DNA from: Desulfatiglandales bacterium
GTDB taxonomy: Bacteria; Desulfobacterota; DSM-4660; Desulfatiglandales; HGW-15
Direction of reading: 5' to 3'
NCBI GenBank assembly: GCA_963667015.2
Contig: CAXXJJ010000001.1
Span: forward strand, 1,376,001-1,440,000
Length of the DNA stretch: 64,000 nt
Part shown: positions 1-9,244 of the stretch, one piece after another
Numbering within the stretch: the stretch's first letter is position 1
How the letters are laid out: each line of letters starts with the position of its first letter
Position numbers and translations under genes: made by a program
The notes under the pieces: generated by a model
What the model was told of the DNA's origin: nothing
Database searches by the model: none
What the model saw: the letters and a program-made list of their open reading frames with translations, nothing else

Positions 1-440
1 CCTGTTTGCTCAATATTTGTCGGCAGAGATATTTTTACTTTGTCTCCTGCCTGATATTTTTCATTTTCGTCTGGCACAATAAATCCATTTTCGTCTTCTC
101 GAGAGCGCAGCTCAACTACTACCCAGTCAGGAACCGGGGGACAATAGTTACCAAATCTTACAGGTTTAATTACACCTCTTGTACTTGCAATCGTCTGCCA
201 CTGGCGTTCATGCTTCTCAAGATGAAGAAATAAATATCCAGGGAAAAAAGCCCTGTTAACCTGTTCAACACGTCTCGCGTGTCTGCGGATTGTCCTGATT
301 CGGGGTAAATAAACTTTATAACCCTGGTTTTCGAAATTGATTTTTGCGACAGGTTCTTTTAGAGCATAAGTCTGAACTGCGAACCACTTACGATCATTAA
401 AGAATACATTTTCAGTTTTTACTTTAGTTGTTTGGGCCAT
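1..440 (-). CDS. RfaH/NusG-paralogue transcription antiterminator (runs off left edge)
   Basis: Manual translation from ATG at 440: MAQTTKVKTENVFFNDRKWFAVQTYALKEPVAKINFENQGYKVYLPRIRTIRRHARRVEQVNRAFFPGYLFLHL...IASTRGVIKPVRFG...YQAGDKVKI. This has NGN-domain hallmarks (W.AV.T, FPGYLF, STRGV) and the start of a KOW motif. Absent from the ORF track. Confidence 0.9.
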   Translation of the reverse strand, partial: MAQTTKVKTENVFFNDRKWFAVQTYALKEPVAKINFENQGYKVYLPRIRTIRRHARRVEQVNRAFFPGYLFLHLEKHERQWQTIASTRGVIKPVRFGNYCPPVPDWVVVELRSREDENGFIVPDENEKYQAGDKVKISLPTNIEQT

Positions 441-442
441 TG

Positions 443-1246
443 CTACTCATTTAAAAAGTCATAGAATTTGTAAGTATATTTATCCTTGCCTTCAACGACC
501 AGGCCAGCAGCGTAACCGGCGGCCGGTTTCAACTGAAGTATTGTCCAGTCATCCGATGCGCTCTTATTTTCTTTATCAATGACTGATGGTAAGCCGTTTT
601 GTGATAATGATATTTCTATGTTGTTCAAATTCCTGATTCCTTTGCCAGTTGCTTTCAGATAGGCTTCTTTAAGAGTCCAGAGATTATAAAAAAACTGTAG
701 CCTCTGATCAGGAGGATGGGTAAAAATCATTTCGTTTTCTTTAAAAGAAAAGAAGTGCCTCGCCATTGCTTCTATGTCAGGCGCAGGATGAATATTTTCC
801 AAATCAATACCTATCGGTTGATTGAGCGTCACGGCGCAAAGTGCATACTCATCTGAATGAGACAGGTTAAAATAGAGTTGTTTTCCGTTTATATCAGAAG
901 GAAGTAAAGGTTTGCCAAAAGGGCTATAAATATACTGAATAATTTGGGGATCTGTTTGCAGATATTTTCCAAGGATTTTTCTTAGTGCCCCATGACTTAC
1001 TATGTATCGCCGCCTGTCACCTTCTGAACGAAATCTTTTTGCCGTATATTTCTCGCCATTGCTTAGTATTTTATTAAAGGAAGTGGTTATATGGAATGGC
1101 ATATCAATTTGGATGCACCATATGTGAACCTCATTGCAGGTGATATTCATGCTTGAAGGAGGAGAATCCCAGACGCATTCAAATCCTGACCATGTCTCGT
1201 ATGATGAATCGAAATTAAAATATTTTTTCAGTAATTCAGAGCTCAT
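443..1246 (-). CDS. Sfp-type 4'-phosphopantetheinyl transferase
   Basis: Motifs GKP, FNLSHS, IGIDLE, WTLKEAYLKATGKG. Confidence 0.93.
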   Translation of the reverse strand: MSSELLKKYFNFDSSYETWSGFECVWDSPPSSMNITCNEVHIWCIQIDMPFHITTSFNKILSNGEKYTAKRFRSEGDRRRYIVSHGALRKILGKYLQTDPQIIQYIYSPFGKPLLPSDINGKQLYFNLSHSDEYALCAVTLNQPIGIDLENIHPAPDIEAMARHFFSFKENEMIFTHPPDQRLQFFYNLWTLKEAYLKATGKGIRNLNNIEISLSQNGLPSVIDKENKSASDDWTILQLKPAAGYAAGLVVEGKDKYTYKFYDFLNE

Positions 1247-2162
1247 AATACCATACCTGGCGAAACCGGATGCTAGACATGAAATTCAGATATCTAACCA
1301 GAATCCCGCATTAATTAAGATTAATAACTTGAATAAGAGAATGCTTCGAGATCAAAAGAGAATTTTATCAATAAGATTTTTCGGTTATCAAACAAATAAC
1401 CGTATACACCAATATTTATATCGAAAATGATAACATCAAGTAAGCAAGATACAAGTGATGATAATTTTAAAGAATACTTTTAATAAAATCTAATTTGAAT
1501 AAAAATATGGTGTCGATGATATGGAAAATTCCCTCCCGAGGAATTTCAAAATTGTCCATCTCCATCAACTTTTTCAGGTAAGGAGAAATCTCTTATAATT
1601 TATATAAATAAAATATGTCAAGAAAAAAATTTATTTTAAGATAGTATCCCTGTAATTGTAGATATCTTTATTAGAAAACTGAAGTATTTTATTGGAACAA
1701 TAGGAGGTGATAGTGTCAAATATAGTCTTTGTTGTATGAATCAACCGTGTTCCCATTATAATGTATTATATGAAAATAAAAGGCTGCTTATTTAAAGGTT
1801 TTCTTAAGTCAATAAAATTGCGTTTACTTAAATCAGGGGTCTTTAAGAATGAGAGCATATGCATTGAGTCCCATTGTACTTATGTTTGAATATTTTTTAT
1901 ATCGTTATTCCTGCATAATTTAAATTGCCACTTACCTCTTAGCTACATAGGTTTGAGCCAAGATAACTGCTTGGAATTATAATGTAAAAGTTTAAAGTTA
2001 TACCTGGAAACAAGCTATAATTGACGTTTTTGAAGGCAAAAAGGATATTATAGTGTTCTATATCGGCAGTGATGCTCTTTCAATATCATGCTTTTTGAGG
2101 GCGAAAAGTGAGATACAGGGTATAAAAAAGTTGTTCCGGAATAATTTTCTCTTCCGAATGAA

Positions 2163-2201
2163 TGCACAAAAAAATGTGCATAGTGCACTAAAAAATGTGC
2201 A
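2163..2201. promoter_or_regulatory. Tandem palindromes TGCAC-N8-GTGCA, candidate bEBP (NtrC-like) enhancer
   Basis: Two copies at 2163-2180 and 2184-2201, 21 bp apart, about 110-150 bp upstream of a sigma54-like site. Confidence 0.6.
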
Positions 2202-2310
2202 CTATAACCGGCCTTTTTAAAATTTTAAAGTAATCTGCTATTTTGTTTGGTGTCTCTAAAAGCTTTGCTGGCAAGGCTTTATGGCTTTTATTATAACTTA
2301 ATAATCCGGT

Positions 2311-2326
2311 TGGTATTATTTTTGTA
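2311..2326 (+). promoter_or_regulatory. Putative sigma54 -24/-12 promoter
   Basis: TGGTATTATTTTTGTA (GG-N10-GT), followed by a GGAGG RBS at 2341 and ATG at 2354. Confidence 0.5.
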
Positions 2327-2353
2327 TACTTTCTATCCAGGGAGGAATTAAAA

Positions 2354-2544
2354 ATGGAAAAATCATTTGACGGGCCAATATATTATCAGGAGGATATCAA
2401 AAAGCATTTGATATGGGACTTGAGACTGCAATCTCAGTCCTTGAAAGCGCATCCGAACTCTCACCCGCAAAACAGCACATGATTCTGAATAAATTGAGAG
2501 AGGACCGGGTAAAAATTCGAACTCACCTTGGCATCAGCAGGTGA
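2354..2544 (+). pseudogene. Small ORF split by a -1 frameshift (pseudogene, recoded gene or sequence error); about 63 aa if joined
   Basis: Frame 0 reads MEKSFDGPIYYQEDIKK... and stops after 42 aa. The -1 frame continues ...KAFDMGLETAISVLESASELSPAKQHMILNKLREDRVKIRTHLGISR*. Confidence 0.45.
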
Positions 2545-2644
2545 CGTAAGAGATCCGGATTAGATAATAAGCAGTAAAAGTTATTAGAAATTAAAAAATA
2601 AAACGATTATTTTCATTTTAACTTGTGATTTCGGAGAGGGAGCC

Positions 2645-3079
2645 ATGTCAGTTGAAATAAAATATGACCAAAACGGATTTATGCTCAGGATAGGTGTATC
2701 CGGGCCGGTAAGCTATGATGAATTTACATCCACTATGGAAATAATTTTAAATTCCAGAGATTATCCACCCAATATAAATATATTATGGGATCTTCGAAAA
2801 GCTGATTTATCACAGGTTAATTATGACTTTTGGGAAAATATCATAAGGTATAGAAGACAATTCCCTCAACGTAACAATTGCAGATCAGCTATGATAGTCG
2901 ATAGCGACTATCAGTACGGTATTACACGTATGTTTCAGAACCAGGCCGGCGACAGAATTCCCCAGGAGTTCATGGTCTTCAGGGACCTTAAAGAGGGAGA
3001 GGCATGGTTACTTGCTTCAAAAGAAAATTCTGGCCTAAATCAATTGCAAAAATACAATGAAGTGTTCAATATGAGCTGA
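2645..3079 (+). CDS. Hypothetical protein, STAS/SpoIIAA-like
   Basis: RBS GGAGAGGGAG; pattern LWDLR...AMIV...YGITRMF...VFRD..EGEAWL. Confidence 0.65.
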   Translation: MSVEIKYDQNGFMLRIGVSGPVSYDEFTSTMEIILNSRDYPPNINILWDLRKADLSQVNYDFWENIIRYRRQFPQRNNCRSAMIVDSDYQYGITRMFQNQAGDRIPQEFMVFRDLKEGEAWLLASKENSGLNQLQKYNEVFNMS

Positions 3080-3434
3080 AATTCAGCACCTGTTTTTCTG
3101 GCAGGTACAATCAGCAGCTCATATTAAGAATAACACCTGATACTCAAAAAACAAAAGAAGCCAGGGCTCAAAGGCTCCGGCATTCGTTTTATTTATCCTC
3201 GTATTTACCCAATACTGGCAGTTTACCTATTATAGATCCTTTACAGATGAAATACTGCTGCCCGATAATATATAATTTTTTCACTTGACCAATACTAATC
3301 ATATCATATACTTGAACAATTTCTTGAAGATTTAAGATCTGTCATATCGCAGCTGGGCATCATTAGATAAACTCGTTTTAGAACCTTTTTTTTAAGTAGT
3401 TTTTTCAAAATCTAATTTTTGGGGGAAAGTTGAA

Positions 3435-4100
3435 ATGGACAAAGAAAAAACAGGTATTATTTGTCCCAAATGTGGCCATTTGAATGAAGCAAATTTTACT
3501 GACTGTACAAAATGCGGGGTTATTTTCTCAAAATATTATGAAATTCTGAAAAAACAGAAGGAAGAAGAGAAGGCGGAAGCTCTGAGAAAGCAGCAGGAGG
3601 AGGAAGAAAAGGCGGAAGCCCTGCGAAGGCAGCAGGAGGAAGAAGAAAAGGCCGAAGCTCTGAGAAGGCAGCAGGAGGAGGAAGAGAAGGCGGAAGCCCT
3701 TAGAAGACAGCAGGAGGAAGAAGAAAAGGCGGAAGCCCTGAGAAGACAGCAGGAGGAAGAAGAAAAGGCGGAAGCCCTGAGGAGGCAGCAGAAGGAAGAA
3801 GAAAAGGCATTTCAAAAAAGAATAGATGATATCGTAGGTGCATTAAAACCAAAGATGGGATTTAAAGATTTACTGAAAAGATACGAGAAAAAAACTATTA
3901 GTATAAATTATGATAACTCATCTGAATTTAAAGATGCTTATCTTATCAAGGTTAGTAACGATATCTTCAGCATACTTATAATGGATAAAAAACTCATGAA
4001 AAGCTTTCTTTTGCGAAACATCGTGTCAATTACAGAAAGTGTAAATGGTGTTAGCATTGATAATATGGAGCCCCCTATCATAATAGAATTATCGAAATAA
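3435..4100 (+). CDS. Zinc-ribbon protein with charged 13-aa tandem repeat
   Basis: CPKCG...CTKCG, then QQEEEEKAEALRR repeats and a C-terminal beta-rich domain. Confidence 0.8.
   Translation: MDKEKTGIICPKCGHLNEANFTDCTKCGVIFSKYYEILKKQKEEEKAEALRKQQEEEEKAEALRRQQEEEEKAEALRRQQEEEEKAEALRRQQEEEEKAEALRRQQEEEEKAEALRRQQKEEEKAFQKRIDDIVGALKPKMGFKDLLKRYEKKTISINYDNSSEFKDAYLIKVSNDIFSILIMDKKLMKSFLLRNIVSITESVNGVSIDNMEPPIIIELSK
3552..3809 (+). repeat. 39-bp coding tandem repeat, about 6.6 units
   Basis: Units start at 3552, 3591, 3630, 3669, 3708, 3747 and 3786 (partial), with synonymous variation between units. Confidence 0.95.
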
Positions 4101-4334
4101 AAATCTGTGCTGACTGCTATGCTGCTATGTATCACAAGTCTTTTGGAGGGTGCGAAAGGTCTATGTATTTTTGTTATGCCTGGGCAATCCCGGCATATTG
4201 ATCAGTAAGTTTCCTAAACCACTCATTTCACAACCAATAATAAAAATATTAGCGTAAAAACTTAAATATATCAAAACAAGTCGATATAAATTAAAAGCAG
4301 GATAGTTTAAAATAACATTCTAAGATAAAATTCC

Positions 4335-4361
4335 TAAACAAATCCTGATTTATGCCGATTT
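4335..4361 (+). promoter_or_regulatory. Putative sigma28 (FliA-type) promoter
   Basis: TAAA-N15-GCCGATTT upstream of the kinase gene. Confidence 0.45.
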
Positions 4362-4407
4362 ATATCATGGATATTTATGTACTAAGATTAAAAGGGCTTT
4401 CAATACA

Positions 4408-5298
4408 TTGACTTCATTAGAAAATATTGATCTGAGTCATCTTATTGGTCAGGATGTCGGTTCATCGACCTTACTGGAGGAGTTCGCACGAGGAGCCATG
4501 GGCGCGGTGTTTAAAGGTTATCAAAAAACCCTTAAAAGGCAAATTGCGATTAAGGTATTGCCGAAATCTATCATGACACCCCAATCCGCTAAAATATTTC
4601 AGCAGGAGGCACGTTTGGCAGCCAGGGTCACACACCCGAACATCATTCCAATTTACGAATTCGGAGATGCCGGGGATTTTCTTTTTCTTTCCATGCAGCT
4701 GATAAAGGGAGATCCACTGTCAGATTATATTAAAAAAGCGCGTAAAAACATACTGCCTTCAAATCGAACTCTGCCGCTGGATTTCACGTTTAAAACCTTT
4801 ATCAGCATTTTAAACGCCCTGGATTACGCGCATCGCAAATCTATAGTGCATAGGGATATCAAACCCGGAAATATTCTTATAGAAGACGAAAATGAGCGTC
4901 CCATTATCCTGGATTTTGGTCTTGCAAAAATAACTAAAAAACCCGATGAAACCGACTCCGTAATAGTGGGAACACCTTTATACATGGCCCCTGAACAGAT
5001 ATTGAATTCGGATGTGGACGGGCGGGCTGATATCTATGCAGCCGCCACAATGCTGTATGAAATGTTGACTCCCGAACCATTATTTCCGGATATAGGATCA
5101 TCAAGCGAACTTCTGAGGACAAAGCTTGAGCAGAATAACAAGCTATTTAAAAAAATGCCTTCTGAACTGAATCCCAAGCTGAATAAACATATTGACCGAA
5201 TACTTTTCAAGGCCCTGGCACCAAATCCCGAAAATCGGTACAGGATATGTCGTGATTTCAGGGTAATGCTGGAAGATTATTTTAAAAGATATCATTAA
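4408..5298 (+). CDS. Hanks-type Ser/Thr protein kinase (stand-alone catalytic domain)
   Basis: ARGAMGAVF, AIKVL, HRDIKPGN, DFG, GTPLYMAPEQ, DIYA. Confidence 0.95.
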   Translation: MTSLENIDLSHLIGQDVGSSTLLEEFARGAMGAVFKGYQKTLKRQIAIKVLPKSIMTPQSAKIFQQEARLAARVTHPNIIPIYEFGDAGDFLFLSMQLIKGDPLSDYIKKARKNILPSNRTLPLDFTFKTFISILNALDYAHRKSIVHRDIKPGNILIEDENERPIILDFGLAKITKKPDETDSVIVGTPLYMAPEQILNSDVDGRADIYAAATMLYEMLTPEPLFPDIGSSSELLRTKLEQNNKLFKKMPSELNPKLNKHIDRILFKALAPNPENRYRICRDFRVMLEDYFKRYH

Positions 5299-5315
5299 GG
5301 ATTGGATTAAAAAAG

Positions 5316-7709
5316 ATGATTAAAGGAAGTTTAGACAACAACAAACAATTATTGACTAATTTTGGACGATCATTTGTTCTTGTTTTTAACAGAAGCTTCA
5401 TGTATTCGCCAAACCACCCCTTCCAGGTTGATGCAATCAATACAGTTTTCAAGGTCATGACACAACTGCTGCAGACAGTATCACCTTCGGTCTTCATATT
5501 GAATCGTGATCAATTCTATGTGGATGAAGAGCCTCTGGATCCTAGGCTCAGTGTGTCCAGGATTGCAGCTCATTTCAAGAAGACAGGTATGGAATCCATA
5601 TCCTTCTATAATGGAGTAAAAAAAAGAGAACTCCAGCTTTTTCTCGAAATTGCGGCTTCATTAAATGAATACTCAGATGCGGAAGCCATGATCAAAGCAA
5701 TGTATAAAAAGCGAGTTGAGCACATTAAAATCAATCATGTTTTCTACAAAAAAGTGAGTGCCGAAGATGAGGTCATATCCCGGGAGATACTGGATAAAGT
5801 AACCCCTGACATGAAAGGGGAGGATCAGGTTAAAGTTAAACAGATGTTTCTGAATTCGGTCTTTAACAGTGTTCTTCAGGAAGATTTTATAAATAACCTC
5901 AATCTCCAGAATCTTCTGGGTAACCCCGGCTCTTTTTCAGAGGAATTAATTACAGCTGATCTGACAGCGGTAAACAAATATGAGAATATAAACTCAAACA
6001 TGAACGAAAACGAAGGTTCGGGTGGAAGTAAAAATTCGGGTGGAAACGGAAACTCAGGTGGAAACGGAAACTCAGGTGGAAACGGAAACTCAGGTGGAAA
6101 CGGAAATTCAGGCGGAAACGGGAACTCAGGCGGAAGTAAAAGTCAGGGAGAAAATAAAAATATTGTCGGTATCGAAGGTGGATATGATGGGCCTCGCCCC
6201 GGCCAGTTTCTTCTCCACCAGCTGCAAATATTTGAGCAGGAGGTGGAAAGAAACCTTTCCGAGGGAGCCGGCGTTGACTTACAGCAGATAGCTGAAGCCC
6301 TGTTCGATATGCGGCAGAAACTTGCTGAAGGCATAGAGGCGCAAAAGGCACTGGGTATTGCCTATTCCAATGAAGAGGAGGTCCTTTCAAAGGCCAATGA
6401 AATAACAGACAAAGTCCTCATACGTCTGATCAAGGAAGAATATAAGGGCGGTGAGGTAAGTATCCCGCGTCTGGCCCAGATTTTATGCCGATTGGTCCCT
6501 GAAGCCGACAGATTAAAACGTCTGCTGCCAAAAATCAAAGCAGCGCTTTTTGAAGAAGGCATGTCTCAGGCGGATTTTATTAATCTTATTAAAGAGTTGG
6601 AAAAGGAACTTCAGAGCGACGGATTAGTTAATATCCTTGCTGAGAGTGCAAAGGAAATCGGCATTGACGGAGATGATCTTCTGCGGCAGGTCAAGGAAAA
6701 TCCGCTCCAGTCTGCCGAGATGATATATCTTGCATCAGAGATACAGAAAAGGGGCGGTGATGAAAAGGCCCTGACAGAGCTCCTTGTAGATTTTGTTGAA
6801 AATATCGGTTCAAAATACTCACAGGAACTCTCAGAAAAAGATGATGACGGTGAAAGTTATATCCAGCAGGCTTTAGTTAATGTAAAAAGCAACTTGGCTC
6901 AACACCTAGGTAGTTTGGATATTAAAGACGATCTACTGGTTCGTCTGGAAGAAAGAGTCAACCAGAGGATGGATGATGTCTTTGATAAATTGAGGTTAGA
7001 ATGGATAAATTCCCATTCTGATTCATCCCAACATGAGCCGGCTAAAGAATTGACCGTCCTGGAAACACTTGAACGGGGAGTTAACGAGGGTGAGGAACTG
7101 TGGGAGATTTTAAGGATCATCAGGGGAAAGGTGGAATCCGGGGAAATTGATGAAAATGACTTTGATCAGATTTTTCCGGAGATGGTCAAACTGGAACAGT
7201 CCAGAAAATCCGAAAATGAAAAAAAAGGGTTATCCAGCGGGATTATGCGGGACCAGTTGCTGATGCTTCATCTTGATAAAGAAATTTCCAAGTCCCAGCG
7301 CTATAAAACAGATCTTTCTGCCCTTGCTTTTGCCCTTGTCAAAATAAAAGCAAAAGGTTCAAAGCAAAATAATGTTGATACACAGGATATAATTGATGAA
7401 CTGCTGCGCCAGTTTGTAGAGATCTTCAGAACCCCGGATACTATTGGTGAGGTCGGGAAAAATAATTTCATCGTACTTCTGCCCATGACCCACCGGGGGC
7501 ATGCGAATATGGCCCTTCGAAGGGCAATGCAGATCCTGCATTTGAATCCGCTTATTGTTAAAGGTTCTGCCTATGAGATAAAAGTTGCGGGTGTAGCGAC
7601 CGATCTTAATCTTGAAGAAACCATCAATGCCAAAATATTACTGGAACGCCTTACATCCCAGCTTAAGGAGATGACCAGAAGGATCAGCAACCTTCATGCT
7701 AATTCATAA
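5316..7709 (+). CDS. Large helical protein with C-terminal degenerate GGDEF domain
   Basis: N-terminal MYSPNHP motif and SGGNGN linker. C-terminus EISKSQRY...RTPDTIGEVGKNNFIVLLP keeps the RxxD I-site, with GGDEF replaced by GKNNF. Confidence 0.75.
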   Translation: MIKGSLDNNKQLLTNFGRSFVLVFNRSFMYSPNHPFQVDAINTVFKVMTQLLQTVSPSVFILNRDQFYVDEEPLDPRLSVSRIAAHFKKTGMESISFYNGVKKRELQLFLEIAASLNEYSDAEAMIKAMYKKRVEHIKINHVFYKKVSAEDEVISREILDKVTPDMKGEDQVKVKQMFLNSVFNSVLQEDFINNLNLQNLLGNPGSFSEELITADLTAVNKYENINSNMNENEGSGGSKNSGGNGNSGGNGNSGGNGNSGGNGNSGGNGNSGGSKSQGENKNIVGIEGGYDGPRPGQFLLHQLQIFEQEVERNLSEGAGVDLQQIAEALFDMRQKLAEGIEAQKALGIAYSNEEEVLSKANEITDKVLIRLIKEEYKGGEVSIPRLAQILCRLVPEADRLKRLLPKIKAALFEEGMSQADFINLIKELEKELQSDGLVNILAESAKEIGIDGDDLLRQVKENPLQSAEMIYLASEIQKRGGDEKALTELLVDFVENIGSKYSQELSEKDDDGESYIQQALVNVKSNLAQHLGSLDIKDDLLVRLEERVNQRMDDVFDKLRLEWINSHSDSSQHEPAKELTVLETLERGVNEGEELWEILRIIRGKVESGEIDENDFDQIFPEMVKLEQSRKSENEKKGLSSGIMRDQLLMLHLDKEISKSQRYKTDLSALAFALVKIKAKGSKQNNVDTQDIIDELLRQFVEIFRTPDTIGEVGKNNFIVLLPMTHRGHANMALRRAMQILHLNPLIVKGSAYEIKVAGVATDLNLEETINAKILLERLTSQLKEMTRRISNLHANS
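6018..6143 (+). repeat. 18-bp coding tandem repeat (5x SGGNGN plus 2 flanking variants)
   Basis: TCAGGTGGAAACGGAAAC-type units. Confidence 0.95.
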
Positions 7710-7799
7710 TAAGGCGAGTATTAAATATCCAATTATCAGTTTTAATTCCAACAGGAAGAAAGATAAGAGAAACCATTAATCATTTTAGGTATCCGGGAA

Positions 7800-9023
7800 A
7801 TGGAATCTTTACCTTACGATATAGATGATGCAACAAGCATTATGAAAACTCAGCATATTACCCAGGTGGATGCTGAGTTTCTTCCGGAAAAAGACATCCC
7901 AAAAGATAGTTCCATGAGAGAAGACTATGAGAAGCTTCGGATTACCTACGAACTGCAGCGGGATATCGGTTCCGAGATAGAGGTCGATTTAGTGCTGAAC
8001 CGTATACTGGACCGCACCTTCGAATTTCTCAATTATGACCGGGGAATTATTCTTCTTGTAAACAAGAAAGGTAAACTTAAAGCCAGGGTCATCAAGAATA
8101 TAACAAATGAAAAAAGAAACCAGTTGTCAACAACACTTCTCAAACATGTTATAAATAAAAAAGAAGGAATTATCTCTTCCGATGTCCTTACCGACAAGCG
8201 TTTCAATAGGGCAGAATCAATTATTTTCAGTGGAATACGTTCCGCCATAGTTACTCCAATTCTTCAGGGAAATGAGGTGCTGGGGGTCATCGTTATTGAG
8301 TCGTGGAAAAAGGTCGCAGCATTCACTGAAAAAGATCTGCGTCTGATAATGAATATCGCCAGCCATACTGCGCAGTTCATCAAAAATTCCCTGCTCCATG
8401 AAGAGCTGCAAATGTCCTTCGACAGTGCTATTCGCACCCTGTCGGCGACGGTTGATGCCAAACACACACTGACTGCAGGCCATAGTGAGCGGGTTGCAAA
8501 GTTAGCTGTGCTTATTGCCAGGGAGCTGGGATTAAAGAGACACAGGATTGAAACACTAAGGTACGCAGCGCTCCTTCACGACATCGGGAAAATTGGAATA
8601 TCTGATAAAGTCCTGTTGAAAAACGGCCCCTTCAATATTTTCGAACGCGAGGAAATGAACAGTCACCCGGTAAAGACAAAAGATATCCTGGAAAAATTTC
8701 ATTTTCCTAAAATGTTAAAAAATATCCCTGATATTGCGGCTCTTCATCACGAAAGGCTTGACGGAACGGGCTATCCCTATGGGGTAACAAATTCAGAGAT
8801 ACCATTGGAAACAAAAATACTTTCGGTTGCTGATGTATTTGATGCCCTTACATCCAGTCGTGATTATCCTAAACATGATGAAGCAGGGAAAGATATGAAA
8901 TGTAAAAAGTTGTCCACCAACCAAGCTGTTTCTATTATTGAGAAAGAGGCAGGCACCCACTTTGATGTCAGCATAGTTAACGCATTAAAAAAATGTCTGG
9001 CCTGCACCGGCGACGGCAATTAA
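7800..9023 (+). CDS. GAF + HD-GYP phosphodiesterase
   Basis: GAF (IRSAIVTPI...GVI), then TAGHSERV, HDIGKIG, HHERLDGTGYPYG, VADVFDAL. Confidence 0.92.
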   Translation: MESLPYDIDDATSIMKTQHITQVDAEFLPEKDIPKDSSMREDYEKLRITYELQRDIGSEIEVDLVLNRILDRTFEFLNYDRGIILLVNKKGKLKARVIKNITNEKRNQLSTTLLKHVINKKEGIISSDVLTDKRFNRAESIIFSGIRSAIVTPILQGNEVLGVIVIESWKKVAAFTEKDLRLIMNIASHTAQFIKNSLLHEELQMSFDSAIRTLSATVDAKHTLTAGHSERVAKLAVLIARELGLKRHRIETLRYAALLHDIGKIGISDKVLLKNGPFNIFEREEMNSHPVKTKDILEKFHFPKMLKNIPDIAALHHERLDGTGYPYGVTNSEIPLETKILSVADVFDALTSSRDYPKHDEAGKDMKCKKLSTNQAVSIIEKEAGTHFDVSIVNALKKCLACTGDGN

Positions 9024-9244
9024 TATTTTTCAAGTAAAAAACATTATTCTACAGGGTTAAAATTTGCTGCAGTTCAAATTTTACTCTCTTTAATATCAAA
9101 TGACTTGTCGGTAACAGAGATTAACCCTGAACCCGATATCATTTTAAATCGGCAACTGCTGTCTGCTCATGGCAATTTCCCTTGCATTTTAGCCCTATTC
9201 GCCTAAAATCTGACCAACTGTAAATACACCGAAAAGGAGTCCCT

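Noticed and set aside
6..233. 75-aa plus-strand ORF
   Set aside because: Antisense shadow of the RfaH-like gene.
1247..2100. ops/JUMPstart element or hidden gene in the long intergenic region
   Set aside because: No GGCGGTAG match and no convincing ORF seen.
3552..3809. 39-bp periodic repeat as a CRISPR array
   Set aside because: No unique spacers; it is an in-frame coding repeat with synonymous variation.
6018..6143. 18-bp repeat and the alternative-frame ORFs 6022-6291 and 5950-6390
   Set aside because: Low-complexity linker of the 797-aa gene; the other frames are shadows.
9169..9186. sigma54 promoter before the S46 peptidase
   Set aside because: GG-GC spacing is 11 nt, not the required 10.
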